The position numbers and the translations under genes are program-made. This document shows positions 12,931-27,200 of a stretch of 64,000 bases of DNA, piece after piece. The notes under the pieces are model-generated. The model worked only from the letters and a program-made list of their open reading frames with translations. It did no database searches and was not told where the DNA came from. Origin of the DNA: Octopus sinensis (taxonomy: Eukaryota); NCBI RefSeq assembly GCF_006345805.1, contig NC_042997.1, positions 109,740,001 to 109,804,000 of the forward strand. Direction: 5' to 3'. The first letter of the stretch is position 1. Each line of letters starts with the position of its first letter.

Positions 12931-14489
12931 TTTTTGGGTTTTTTTTTTATATTCTTCTCAACGCCCAAAAGACAATCTAGAATGCAACATGGAAAAAAAA
13001 AAAAAGGCACCGAAAATATTTTAACGCTACGAAGTAAATGAATGGTTCCGAAATATAAGAATGTTCGAAACATTCTTTCACCAATAATTAGGTGTCTGTG
13101 TCACTTTTTTGTGTGGGGGAGCAGTGTGCGAGGAGAGATAGATAGATAGAGAGATAGAGAGAGAGAACTGTTAGGGAATTAGTGTCTGTAGGAATGTGTA
13201 CACCCTAAGAGCAACAACATCAATAACAGCATCAAGATATGCTAGAAACAGCAGAATGGTATGGCATGGTATTTTCTTCTGTTGCCATTAATATTACGTC
13301 ACTGAAGAATGGGCGTTGTATGTTGTTGTAGCACAATTCTAGAAATAACATTTGTTTATTCGCTTCTAGGCCCTCCTTTAACTTTAGTTAGGGCCACATC
13401 ACTTGAAAACGGAAATAGGTTTTTAATGTCACAAAAACACACGCACACACACACACACACATACACACCCACACACACACAGGTTATGAATTTCTACGCA
13501 TCTCTTGCCAGAATGAAGTTTCTTTACACTGCGTGTGCGTGTGTTTCCGTGTTGTTTTAAGAGGGAGTATCTATGACTATACTATTTCATGTGTTCTAAC
13601 CCCTTAAAGTGTAAGTTGACGGAAATGCTGTTACTCTATCTAGCAGGAGAGCGATCTTGTAATGGTTTGATGTGTGGTTGAGGTGGGTAGGGGCGAAGAG
13701 CTTGTTTCCGGTCTTGGAGAGTTGCAGGGCTCGAACGAAGTAATGTTCTATGAAATGAAGAAATGTCCTTATAAAATGTTCTTATTGATTAACCTATCTT
13801 ATCGTTGTCGACGTTTCAATATTTTAAGTTTCTCGTTTTTTCTTTCATTTTTAGGTAAGTTAACGAATTATCAGAATTGATTGTCAAACCAACCGTGTCT
13901 GGTGAGTGATTCGTATGTTTTCTTCTTCAGCAAAAGATAACAAATTTTGTAAAGGGTGGGGTGGGTGGAGCCGTCTATTTAATCGGTCTCGTTATTTGAC
14001 TACGGTTTCTTTTATTAGCTCTGGAAGAATAAAAAGTGAAGCTGACTCGATGTGATATGAACTCAAAACTTCTGGTCATGTGTTTTGACAAAATGCCTTA
14101 TATTCAATTGCCATGACTGTTTTTTCTTAATTACTCGTCAAGAAATCAATTTTTTAGCCGATCCCAGATATTGTGTGCTAGAAATAAGAAAGCGCAGAAA
14201 AAGTTTTGTTTACGTCTTTCAGGACATAGTGTCATGAGTTCGGATCCTGCTGAAGTCAACTTCTTTCAGCATACCGGGGTAGACGAACAAATTTGAATTC
14301 TACACCCGTATTGGCCTTATTGTTTTAGCGACGTTTCAAGTCTCCAGATTCATGGTTACATTCTCATCTGAGTTCACGTCCTGCCGAGATCGGATTTGCC
14401 ATTCATAATTGTGTAGTTGATGAAACAAAAATAGCGATGGTTTCATTTATTTGCCACAAGGGCGAAGGATGGGGGGCGACAATAGAGGC

Positions 14490-14735
14490 ATAATAATAAT
14501 AATAATATTAACAATAATAATAATAATAACAATAATAATAATAATAACAATAATAATAATAATAACAATAATAATAATAACAATAATAACAACAATAATA
14601 ATAATAATAACAATAATAATAATAATAACAATAACAACAACAATAATAATAATAATAATGATAACAATAATAATAATAATAACAATAATAATAACAATAA
14701 TAACAATACTAATGATAATGATAATAATAATAATA
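14490..14735. repeat. (AAT/AAC)n microsatellite
   Basis: Direct reading. Confidence 0.95.
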
Positions 14736-14966
14736 GTCAAATACTGGGACCGATGTAATCAACTTGTCTCCCCCTCACAAATTGCTGGGTTTGTGCCAAA
14801 ATTTGAAAGAATTATTATTTTCTGCGTTTTTCTGTTTAATTTTCTTTTAAATTATAATTATGATCTTCGTTCTCGGTCTTCCTAGCTTTGAATCAAAGCT
14901 TGGAAATAAATTGGTTGTGTGTGAATACATACATAGATGAAGTGTAATAAAAGAAAAGAAAGCGGA

Positions 14967-15004
<38 letters not shown>

Positions 15005-15024
15005 TACGCGTATGTCGGTGTATC

Positions 15025-15025
15025 A

Positions 15026-15062
<37 letters not shown>

Positions 15063-15154
15063 ATTTAATGTATGTATTATATGTATATTATATGTATTGT
15101 ATTATGTATATATGTATGCATTTATATATATATGTATGTATTATATATATGTAG

Positions 15155-15185
<31 letters not shown>

Positions 15186-15570
15186 ATTATATATATGTAT
15201 GTATTGATATATATATGTATGTATTATATATATATATGTATGTATTATATATATATAGGTATGTATTATATATATATGTATGTATTATATATATATATTA
15301 TGTATATTATTATATATGTATGTATTATAGATATATATGTATGTATTATATATATATATATGTATGTATTATATATATTATGTATGTATTATATATTATA
15401 TGTATGTATTTATATATATATATATGTATGTATTATATCATATATATATGTATGTATTATATAATATATATGTATGTATGGTATGTATATATATATGTAT
15501 GTATGTATATATAATATGTGGTGTGTATATATATGCGTGTGTGTGTATATATATGCACATATATATGTAA
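15025..15570. repeat. TA-rich array with recurrent TATGTATGTATTATA core
   Basis: Direct reading. Confidence 0.88.
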
Positions 15571-17914
15571 GTATATGTTTGTGTATGTATAACTGCATGT
15601 GATGTGTGTGTGTGTTTGTGTGTGTCTACGATGAAAACGTTTTTAAAAAGTGAAAAATTGTGAAGAAACTAAAGGTGAACAGCTGGTGAAAGATGAAAGT
15701 AGGAAGTTTTGGAAGGAAATCATAACAACCAGAAGTAAAAGAGGGGAAAATAAAGAAATAATGAAAAAAAACCAGAAACAATGATTGCACCAAACTCTGG
15801 CATGACAAACACATCAAAGGAAAGTCGATTAGCAAAATAGTTATTTTGTTGTTATGAAGGGAAGGCGAGAGTGAAATGGAAGAGGCAAGAAAATTTCTTT
15901 GTGGCTGGTTGGTGTCTTGGTATCTGTTACCTAAGATTGTCAAAACATGGCGGCTCTTGGACGGATTTGGTTAGAAAAATAACATTTGATGAGGGAGAGA
16001 AGTAGTGGTGGGGTGGGAAAGGTGGAATTCTTTTCTGAAAATTCAAGGAAACTAGGAAGACAATAACTAGTTAGCTAACAGGGGGAAGAAGTGTTTTACC
16101 GGTTGAGGCGCGGGGTGTTTGGTTGGTTGGTGGCATGTTTTGCTAATAAGAGTCACGCTGTCTTTCATGGAGGGTTGATACATAACGCGTCTGGGGAAGC
16201 TAAAAGGCGTAGAAAGATTACATTTCTGATCCCAAGCCACGTGGAACCGACAAGATGACGAATGGCATCGATATCCCTCATTTTACACTTCTCGATTCTG
16301 GCAAATTGAAATTACCTTTCATCCTCAGCAATCGATAAAGTAGCACCTGCTATATTCTAATTGATTTCGAGTTTTTATTGATTTTATCTCGAGGAAGGTG
16401 TCATGCCCATAGCCTTTACAGACCCTCCAAGAGGAGTGAGACCGATGACTTTACGGTTTCTTTTGAAAAGTTGCTAATTAACAAGATAAACGGATGTAGG
16501 AAACCGATTCTGTTTAATACCGCTGGAAAAGTAAGAAAAAAATCCTTTATGTTCCTGTACGATAAGCTACCTGCAAATATTTACCAACTGATCCAGTTTT
16601 GTAATAAGGTTTAACTATAATAAAATTTAACCATTTTCTGTAACTAGTGTCAGTTCCAGTTCTACCGTTATTGTCAGCTTTCGTATATATTTATAAGTAT
16701 ACACACCAATTATACAGAGTTGCTAGGTAAATAGTAATTCTATTCCATACAGTATATTACTAAAGTAAAAGATTCATATATGGACAGAATAATTAATAAT
16801 GAACATAGAATTATAATGAACATCGCCTCTGAGCTACACAAAGGAAAGAGAGCCTCTGTAGAGAGAGGTTGCACGACATGTTAGAAATAGCAGATATATT
16901 TGTATCATATTACACCCTGCCCCCTACAGAAAGAAGAACACGAAGAAAAGCGTAGTTTAGAGTAGCATACCTAGAAAAAAACGATGGTCATACCTAGAAC
17001 ATAAGCGTGATCAAATATGTTCAGTCAGGGCCGACCTAAGGTTAAAAACCACAAGAGTAACAACCACCAGAGAGTGTCTGTGTATCTGCAAGCCTAGTTT
17101 AGTATTTCATCTAATCAATTTTAATGTCAATGGTGGTCAACCTCACTGATGTTATACATGGGCATTTTTATTGTCATACAGCCGTTTCGCCTAAAGATGT
17201 CATGATGTTATGACTGAACCGACTTTTTAACATTCAATGAATATTATCAATATCTTGCCTATTCACTTTTAATATGTTCTGGCAGATTTGAACGTGAATA
17301 TGCTGATCGCTGTTGTTTTTCGCCACCAGACAACACCTCCTCTCTTTAAGCGATGTGTGCTTAAATCAAACGCAGTTCACCAGGATAAGGGGGTTACCGC
17401 GTGGTTTTGGCGTCGTTGTGGGTGGCACCGCAGTGAAAGCTATCTTGCCATCATCTCGCAAAAGCATGATTTGTTGTTTGTAGGAAACAACAAAGAAATC
17501 ATTCGACGATGCAGGTGCAAATGTCTGCCAAAACAGATAATAACTCATATGAAACACGTTGGAAATTTAGAGGTACGACTTGTGTCCACTTTTAAAAAAG
17601 CATAGAACAAGGGAAGACTAAGAAACAATGCCGAAGAAATTTTCGTATTCGGTATGACAGCTTCAAACCTCACGTTAAGGAACCTTGCTATTTACTGCCA
17701 TTTTCTATTGGGTTCCATGACTGGGCACTTCCAAAATTTATCACCATTCGTTGCAAGTGGCCAACTTTGAATATCCTGCTAGGAGGTCACCTAACAAAAA
17801 TATAAAATCGTTAAGAGTGGTAACAACTTCCCTTATTTTACTTTCCGAATTAAATTTTTGGTTACACGGAACAGGAGCTCGAAGGGTATAAATTGGCCAC
17901 GGGAAATATTTATT

Positions 17915-18121
17915 CTTTCTTTATTACTTGTTTCAGTCATTTGACTGCGGCCATGCTGTAGCACCGCCTCTAGCCGAACAAATCGACCCCAGGACTTATT
18001 CTTTATAAGCTTAGTGCATATTCTAACGTACTCTTTTGCGAAACAGCTAAGTTACGGAGACATAAACACGCCAACATCGGTTGTCAAGAGATGGCTGGAG
18101 GTCAAAAACACACACACACAG

Positions 18122-18161
<40 letters not shown>

Positions 18162-18316
18162 ATACGACGGGCTTCTTTCAGTTTCCGTCTAAATTCACTC
18201 ACAAGGCTTTGGTCGATCCGAGGCTATAATAGAAGAGACCCAATATACTATGTAGCGAGACTGAACCCGGGACAGTGTGGTTGGGTAGCAAGCTTCTTAC
18301 CACACAGCCACACCTA
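17915..18316 (-). mobile_element. SINE type A, near full length
   Basis: Homologous to 3631-4013. Confidence 0.85.
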
Positions 18317-19254
18317 TTTGAAAATATTATTTAAAAATATTCTGCAGATGGAATGAATGCTCTTCATCGTAGCACGTTTCATATCTAACCTCCTGTAGTT
18401 ATTTCTACTACCCGCCATTTATAGACAGAGGCGCCTTTTATCATTATAACTCCGTTATACATATAAGGTATATGCAATCATCTGTAGAAATATCGATCTT
18501 TATTGTCAAATGTTAAGTCTGGAGTTTTAACTGTTAACTTTTAAGACAAAGAGTGGAGTTCACTTGTGAAGAGGAATGAAGTAGTAATGAAGCTTCATGA
18601 AAACATCTTTGAGAGTTTCAATAATAATAAATGATAATAATAATGACGATGATAATAATAATAACAGTAATTTACCAACCACAATAATAATAATCGAAAA
18701 AAAACTTTTTAAAATATGAAGCGAAGAAATTATGGCGAACCGTTTAAAGAAAAGAAAAAAACAATCACCAAAATCTGAAATGGTCTTGATGTTCTTATGG
18801 CTGGCATCTATTTCTGTATTTTTGGCTGTTTTGATCTTATCGATTTTATCGAATAAAAAAAACAAAAAACAAAAAAAAAACCCATTAAAAATGTAATAGT
18901 ATATAATAAATAAAAAGAAAAAAAATACTTCGAAATTACCATGATAGAAATAGTTTTAAGACCGTCATTTTGTAGCGAAATCTTTTCAAAACGATTTTGA
19001 ATAGTTTTACTTACTCAGCTTCCATATTTCTCATCTCTTTAGAATTTATTCTTTATTATTTTTATGTTTTGCTATTTTGTACTTTTACTTTTTTGTTTTT
19101 TTTCATTTTATTGCTTGTTTTTTGTTCGATTATGTGTTGTTTTTTTTTCTTATACTTTATCTAATTTATTCAAGATTTATTTCTTTTTAAACTTCTTTTC
19201 AGTGAGCGATTACATTTATAACTTCACATTTTTTTGGGAACTACATTCACACAT

Positions 19255-19292
<38 letters not shown>

Positions 19293-19620
19293 ATACACAG
19301 GTACATATACTTTTAATGATTACAACTGTTGCGAACAAATTGACTAAAACATGTCATTTATTGGTTCTTTATCTTTATATATATATATATAAAAAGCAAC
19401 AACAACAATAAGCGCCATTTGATCTATCTCTAATGATATATGTCTGCGAAGTTCTCCACAAGAATACGGCAGCAGCAGCAGCAGCGATGATAGGAATGAT
19501 AGGATGTAAATGGAGAAAGAAAGGTCGAAAGTAAAAAATAACAGACGATGAAAAAGTTCCAAACAATAAATACACACAACACAACACCACACATATATTA
19601 ATATATATACATAATATATT

Positions 19621-19669
<49 letters not shown>

Positions 19670-19681
19670 ATACATATAAAA

Positions 19682-19699
19682 TATATACGTACCTATAAT

Positions 19700-19735
<36 letters not shown>

Positions 19736-19891
19736 GTACCTATAATACATATATATATATATATATTATACGTACCTATAATACATATATATATATTATA
19801 TATATATATATATACGTACCTATAATACATATATATATATATTATATATACGTACCTATAATACATATATATATATATATATATACGTACC

Positions 19892-19930
<39 letters not shown>

Positions 19931-20153
19931 GTACCTATAATACATAATATATATATATATATACGTACCTATAATACTATATATATATATATATATAATA
20001 TAACGTACCTATAATATATATATATATATATATATATACGTACCTATAATATATATATATAATATATATATATACGTACCTATAATATATATATATATAT
20101 ATATATATACGTACCTATAATATATATATATATATATAATATACGTACCTATA

Positions 20154-20186
<33 letters not shown>

Positions 20187-20196
20187 CGTACCTATA

Positions 20197-20242
<46 letters not shown>

Positions 20243-20251
20243 GTACCTATA

Positions 20252-20282
<31 letters not shown>

Positions 20283-20300
20283 CGTACCTATAATATATAT
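19682..20300. repeat. Minisatellite: 16 copies of TACGTACCTATAATA core separated by variable (AT)n
   Basis: Counted 16 cgtacct cores from 19688 to 20283. Confidence 0.93.
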
Positions 20301-21461
20301 ATATATACACACATATATATACACACACATATATACATGTATATATATATATTTGTATATATATATATATACATACACAAACATACAATATATTATATAT
20401 ATGTATATATATATACAATATGTATATAATATATATATATATATATATATACATACAAATATGTATATATATGTATATATATATACAATATATATATATA
20501 TATATTATATATATATACATACAAATATGTATATATACTTATATATATACATACATGTACATATATATATAGAGAGAGAGAGAGATAGATAGATAGATAG
20601 ATAGATATGTATATATACATATTTCTGTATATCCATTTAATTCTAGATATACGTGTATACAAACTAGGTGTAATACTCTCACACAAAGAAAGACTGCTTC
20701 ACCCACACACATCTCTCTCTCTCTTTTCTCTCTCTCTCACACACATATAAAGAGAGAGAGATAGAATCACAAGAACAATGTGCCAAGAAAGAAAATATAA
20801 GAGACTAAATTGAACTTTAAGAAGAAAAAGAAAATCTATTGTAAATATTATAATCTTTGGAAAAATGAAAGTAAAAACGAGATGAGATATTTATAATAAA
20901 GTAGTTTCAATTGGTAAGATAAACGAAATATAAATGGCGAGGAAGAGAAGAACGTGTGGCAAGTAATGGCGGCCGAGTAATTCGTGGAGGTAAGCGGCCA
21001 GGAGACGGTTTATTGATGAAATAATTTGAAGAGAAAATTTTATTCTGTAGGGCGATTTGTAAATGTAATGGGGAAGAAAAGATAAAGATGGGGAGAGCAT
21101 AAAGAAGAGACTGAGGTAGAGTGAAGGAAAATATTTGGAAATGGTGAAATGTTGAGTAATGAAAATAGGCGATGATTAGATGGGCGAGCAGACGATAATG
21201 AAGAGTGTTGAAGTTGCGAAGAAATAGGAAAATGAGAACTCTTATACAAATCGGTCATTCTGAGTCAAGTTGGAACCATTTGCTTCCAGACAAGCAACAG
21301 ACAATACGACTACTGGTGTCTGCTGAGGATACGCGTACATAAACAAACACACTCATGCACAAACACGCACACACGCACGCACAGACACGTGTGTGTGTCT
21401 GTGTGCAATTTTATGAATGCATATACGTATATATATACATATACATATATATATATATATA

Positions 21462-21776
21462 CGAGGGTGAGTCAAAAAGTAATGCCATTTTGTTTAGGAC
21501 CGGTATAATTACCAACACACATACATGTATCATACATCAAAATGAAGCTGGTCCTCTGTGGATCGCATCCCTACTCCTCAACATAGTCACCGTTTCTCTC
21601 AGTAGCAATGTTCCACCTTCGAATGAGAGCATGTATCCCTGTCCTGTAAAATTCTGTTGACTATTCTTTGAGCCACTTCTTCACTACAGTTTTCACTTCC
21701 TCGTCACTGGACTATAATCTCTTCGACCCCATGAAAGAGGGTTTGAGAGGCAAACATTTTTCCAGTGACAAAAGTG
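21462..21776 (-). mobile_element. Mariner (DD34D-type) remnant: terminal inverted repeat plus transposase C-terminus
   Basis: TA then CGAGGGTGAGTCAAAAAGTAATGCC terminus; minus 21711-21571 reads SSDEEVKTVVKKWLKE*STEFYRTGIHALIRRWNIATERNGDYVEE*; plus 21710-21776 reads DYNLFDPMKEGLRGKHFSSD. Confidence 0.9.
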
Positions 21777-22306
21777 CTAAATACTTTCTAAATATATTTC
21801 ATGAAATATTGAGCTTTTCGTCACAACTCTGAGAACTGGTCTGCCCACTGCTGGGCACAGATCCACTGCATCTGTTTGAAAGTTTTTTTTTATTGATCAG
21901 TTCTCTATAAGTCTGAGTATTCTTTCACTTAGAACTCGCTGAAATATAGGTTCGCTCTGGTTAGACTCATGTAACTTTGACCCCCTTCACAACGGTCATC
22001 TCAAGTTGATGTCTAGTCGCATTCGAGTGGCATAGCTTTACATGTTTAGACAGTTTTGGCACAACCCGCCAAGAACCGTTCCTGGTTCTCTGACACAGAC
22101 TTCATATTCTAAAGTAATTTAAGTCAACTACTAGCAAAATTTCATTTTAATTTGTTCTACACACCAGCTTAATGGCTGCAGAGCTAGTCTACTAAATTCT
22201 ACATTAATTTATAAATTTATTGAAATGAAGACGATATATTTTAGCAGAAATATTGTAATGAAATTTTTATACTGTAACTTACATATGCACGCACGCACGC
22301 ACACGC

Positions 22307-22362
<56 letters not shown>

Positions 22363-22620
22363 TCCATCTGCTTATTTTTCCATCTTTTTCTATGTAAACA
22401 TAAGCCTATGAGAACATTTCTCTGTTTCTGGGAGTAAGTGTGTCTTTAGAAGCCAGGTTCCTGCTTTTAGATTAAATTTTATTTTAACCGTGTTGTAGCA
22501 AAGAAAACCAATGCGCCGACGAGTAATTTTAGAAGATGGCGCACAGCGGGCGCGAATTCGGAATCGGATCTTCGCCTAGATCCGATGTTCTTACGACTCA
22601 CTTAACCATGCATGCACCCG

Positions 22621-22653
<33 letters not shown>

Positions 22654-23403
22654 TGTATGTGCGTGTGTGTGTGTGTGTGTGTGTGTATGCATGTATGTGT
22701 GTGTGATGAACGAAGGAGTGAAAAATAGACAGATGACTAGTGAAATATATATCCTCTTCACCATCACCATCACCCCCACCCCCACTACTCTCATCGCCAT
22801 CACCATCATCCTCATCATAACCATCGCCTTACATCTGGCAGATGTGAACTGACTCCTCCTAAGTCTGTCTCCATCTTGGCTTTTCTTGAACAAACATGTA
22901 ATATCTCACCTCACTGATTCTGCACCCAAAGGACCAACGTCTGTTTCCTTATAGGAATAAAACATGTCAGGTTTCAGCATCCTCACCCTCCTCTTTGGAG
23001 CTCACACACACATACATGCACACACACACACGGAGTTATATATAAATTATATACACACTTGTATTGACGCTTTCATCGCTGAGTGTGTGTGTGTGTGTGT
23101 GTGTGTTGTTATAGTTTTATTTGTTGGTGACAGAGATGGAAATAGTAAGATTTTAAAAATAGCCCAAAATAAACAAATGGTCGAGAAAATCTGTTTCAGT
23201 AGAAGTAAAAAGAAAGAAGACAGAAGAAGTTCAGAGAGAAGAATAAAGAAATGAAACCAAATTCTGAAAGTTAGAAGAGATTCTACCAAAATTAAAAGAT
23301 TGTCCGCACATCCCTGTACTTTACACCTTTGCTAGAAGACCGTGCTTTACGACTCCCACACACAAAGACTCATCTCTCACTCTCTGTCTCTCTTTCCCTT
23401 GGC

Positions 23404-23440
<37 letters not shown>

Positions 23441-23448
<8 letters not shown>

Positions 23449-23686
23449 GAAAAATACAAACTGGGACAAGAACGAAAAACATTTAGAAGACGATACAAAA
23501 AACACGGACGGGACATTCAAAGCCTTCAATCTTCAGTCAAGAACCGGATCATCCTATCAGCCGAAATTGCTAGGATGATCCGGTTCTTGACTGAAGATTG
23601 AAGGCTTTGAATGTCTCGTCCGTGTTTTTTGTATCGTCTTCTAATTGTTTTACGATCTTGTCCCAGTTTGTATTTTTCTACATATA
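23441..23686. repeat. Fold-back element, ~116-bp arms with 14-nt spacer (Penelope pLTR-like or MITE)
   Basis: Arms 23441-23556 and 23571-23686 are reverse complements with about 4 mismatches; embedded in (TA)n. Confidence 0.9.
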
Positions 23687-23890
23687 ATATATATAGCGCC
23701 GTCCGTACCCTCTTTGACTTTATGTAAGTATATATATATATATATATTATAGATAGATAGATAGATATGTGTATGTATATGTATACATATGTATGTATGT
23801 ATATATGTGTTTGTATATATATGTATCTATATATGTGTGTGTGTGGTCCAACAGTACCTGCCTGGATATGTCACTCCTACCAATTCACAA

Positions 23891-23954
<64 letters not shown>

Positions 23955-24485
23955 GTGTGTGTATGTATGTGAATGCGTACCCGCATGTAAGGAGGTTTAT
24001 ATACCATCCTGGGATATGGATACACACACACACACAAAATGATAATTACAGTCATACTCGATTGCAATGTGTCTGACGCACGTTTCTGCTGTATCGGCAT
24101 CTCATAATTGCATTTGCACTCGGTGACATTCAACTAGTTTCATGTCTATGCAACTTTATTGAAGTTCTCGCCACTGACGTGGTCTGAAGCTTCAGAGACG
24201 AGCGTCTGACACACTGAAATCAAAAACGTCGCATAATTGACTGAAGGGGAAAAAACAAAAAAAAACATGCAAATGTGCTAATCTCCGTATTCATTGTTAT
24301 TGTCTAGGATATCCTCTCGGTAACAATTTATAATCTAGCGAAGCGAACCCAGGTGAAATTCATTGCTATTGCTTACGTCAAATAATACCAAGTGCTCATT
24401 ATCCTGCGATGCGGCTAGCCATAATCTGGGTTATAAGTAAGTGTTCGAACGGTACCTGCCTTGATACATTACTCCTACCTGCTCA

Positions 24486-24525
<40 letters not shown>

Positions 24526-24734
24526 CAACATCACCATCCCCGTCACCTAGCCTACAATAAGTCACTCCTCTTGCACTTCTTATGTTAATCCTTTTCCTAT
24601 CTGTTCCTCACTGTTTCTACCCCCTCCCCCTTTCCCTCTCGCTACACTGTAAAGTGTCACAAGAGAAATCAACCAATTAACGCTTATATCGCCTATTAAT
24701 AGTAATATATTCAGGTATTTCCGGTTTCTGCATG

Positions 24735-24880
24735 TTGTGATTTTCACATTCCGCCAAAGTCGACTTTGCCTTTCACCTATTCAGTCTTAATAAACAAGGT
24801 ACCAGTTGAGCACTGGGGTCGATGTAATCGTCCTCCACACCTCTCAAAATTACTGGCCTTGTGCCAAAATTAGAAATAAG
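24735..24880 (+). mobile_element. SINE type B, 3' part, short tail
   Basis: gtcgactttgcctttca..gtaccagttgagcactggggtcgatg..ggccttgtgccaaaatt. Confidence 0.75.
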
Positions 24881-25324
24881 TATATTGACTTAATTTAAAA
24901 GTGAATTATGTTAATATTGCATTAGAAGTGCAGACAATAATTTGTCAAAATAAATATATTGAAAGTTTAGTGTAATATTTTAATTGTTACAATTACTAGG
25001 GACTATACGTTTGTTTGGGGAGTGGGGACCTAATAAATTTGGCTAGCAACCCAGCCCATGTCCTAGGGCCGTAGGGTGTCTACTACTGCCCTATTTCATC
25101 TCTCAATCTGACAGCAAAAGCAGCCGAACGTTCGTCAGATCAGCAGTCACACCTGAAATAAGAGAAACCCGCATTAGATTATATCGTCAACTAAATACAG
25201 ACCGAATGGATGGTCATGGTTGGAAAATCTTTATGTCTGTTTGATCACGGATCACCTGGATGTGTTCGACAGAATATCAACACGATCATGAACACTCGTG
25301 ATGACCAAGTGATAACATACAACA

Positions 25325-25570
25325 CTATTATCATTTCGTCCTTCATTGTTGACAATGACCAACGACCACACAAGAGAGAAGACGACGAAGCACAACGTGT
25401 CCGGCTGTGACCAGTCAGTCTGATGTCGGACACTGGACGTCTGCCGGGGCTGAAGGCAAGGAGTTGGCATTACGCGTTTTCTTTGTGCCCCATGCAGTCC
25501 TCTTCTGTTCGTATAACGTGGCACCTCTCTTGGTGTAGCTTCGCCAGGCAGGAGGCTCTTGGCATACAAC
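25325..25570 (-). mobile_element. RTE-clade LINE 3' end, 5'-truncated
   Basis: Minus frames give PAWRSYTKRGATLYEQKR...QCPTS then IRLTGHSRT, matching the RTE C-terminal WR...C..C..RIGLxSHxRxH pattern; 3' UTR ends aatgaaggacgaa(atg/ata)n. Confidence 0.72.
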
Positions 25571-25592
25571 ACCTCCACCACCAACAACAACG

Positions 25593-25995
25593 TGGAGGCT
25601 CAATGGCCCAGTAGTTAAGGCAGCGGACTCGCGGTTTGAGGATCGCGGTTTCGATTCCCAGACTGGGCGTTGTGTGTGTTTATTGAGCGAAAACACCGAA
25701 AAGCTCCACGAGACTCCGGCAGGGGTTGGTGGAGACCTGTGTTGTACTCTTTCGCCCCAACTTTCTCTCACTCTTTCTTCCTGTTTATTGTCCCCGACTT
25801 CCTACGCAACCGCTGAGTCTGGATGCGCATTCATCCATCCATCGATGCTCTCGGTGTCGAAAGTTGACCTGCTTTCTCTTCTGCGAGTCTTACGAATAGC
25901 AAAGGACCACGTTTCGGACTTCTCCCGGGGCGCGATCTTGCGAGCTCTGGGACGAAGACCGCTTCGCTCAACAAACAAACAAACAAACAAACCAC
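25593..25995 (+). mobile_element. SINE type C, full length, tail variant 1 with (CAAA)n end
   Basis: tRNA-like head, body shared with 48989 copy up to about 25785, ends cgcttcgctcaacaaacaaac. Confidence 0.85.
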
Positions 25996-26579
25996 CAACA
26001 ACAACAAAGACAATAATGAAAACAATTGTGGAAGCAATAACAACAATAAAAAAATATATCATCACAGGTTTAGCCATCGTTGTATTTGAGAGGGAAAAAA
26101 ATTACTTCGTTTTGTTAATATGGAGTAATTTTGTATTCATGTGTGACACGACCTGTGATTGTGAGGGGCGTTTTTATGGTTGCGTGTGTATTTGTTTATA
26201 TGTATATCTTAACACACACGCACACACGTATGTATCTGCTACTGTTTCTCTGACTCTTTGCTCTGTCAACATTCTTCTTCTTCTTTTCCCTACTGCTATG
26301 ACCTTTAAATATTTGATAGTTTCACACGGTGTTGTTCTTCCTCTTGGCCTCACACAACAGTGTCGCCATATTATCATCTCGCAACCAGGACGTCAATCAG
26401 AAAGCTGACACCGTTTCGCCAAATTGATATGATGATATGATCCTTTTCCTTTACGCATCATCATCTCTCTTTGCCCGCCGCTCACGCATAGGCTCCCATA
26501 CGCACACAGTCTGTTCTCTGGTGTATAACTATGTCAAAGATCAGTTTGTGTGTACGTATATATGTATATATATGTCTGT

Positions 26580-26581
26580 GC

Positions 26582-26646
<65 letters not shown>

Positions 26647-26705
26647 CTATCTATCTATCTATTTATCTATCCACCCCCTATCCATCTATCCATCTCTCTA
26701 TCTAT
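26580..26705. repeat. (CTAT)n microsatellite
   Basis: Direct reading. Confidence 0.95.
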
Positions 26706-26716
26706 CTAATATATAT

Positions 26717-26754
<38 letters not shown>

Positions 26755-27200
26755 GATGAGAGAGAGAGCGACCTAGGTCGAAAGTTAATCGTTTACTTCC
26801 TTCTCCTTCTTCAAAGCTGTTATTTTTTTTTTCTATTCTTTTCTTTTTAGCTTTTCTTTGCCCCAAAAAAACTCACTCAGACGCGGTAACACTCGCACTA
26901 ACACTTACACTACACTCACACAAATCCACTCACACTCAGGTATACTATTATTCGATATCTTTTGGGCGAGATTTCGCTGCTGTTTAAAGTAAATCAAGTA
27001 ATTGCCGTACAGACACACTCCCGCCCTCTTTAGTTCGAGAAAACTGACACCAGTATCATTCGAACCCACAACACAAAAAAAAAGCATCTCGATACTAGCG
27101 TCGTAACATGATTGGCTGTGAACCGTAACGGAAGGGACTTAACTCTTCGTTGTGAACTTGGAATTAATTGTCCACCCTAATAATAGTCCATGCGGAAATG

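Noticed and set aside
17288-17800. Possible Tc1 catalytic-domain remnant
   Set aside because: Could not recover DDE, QQDN or WPxxSPDL motifs convincingly in any frame.
25593-25670. tRNA-Arg gene (also 8330-8404, 48915-48989, 50047-50121)
   Set aside because: No proper acceptor stem or oligo-T terminator, and the sequence continues into a shared SINE body.
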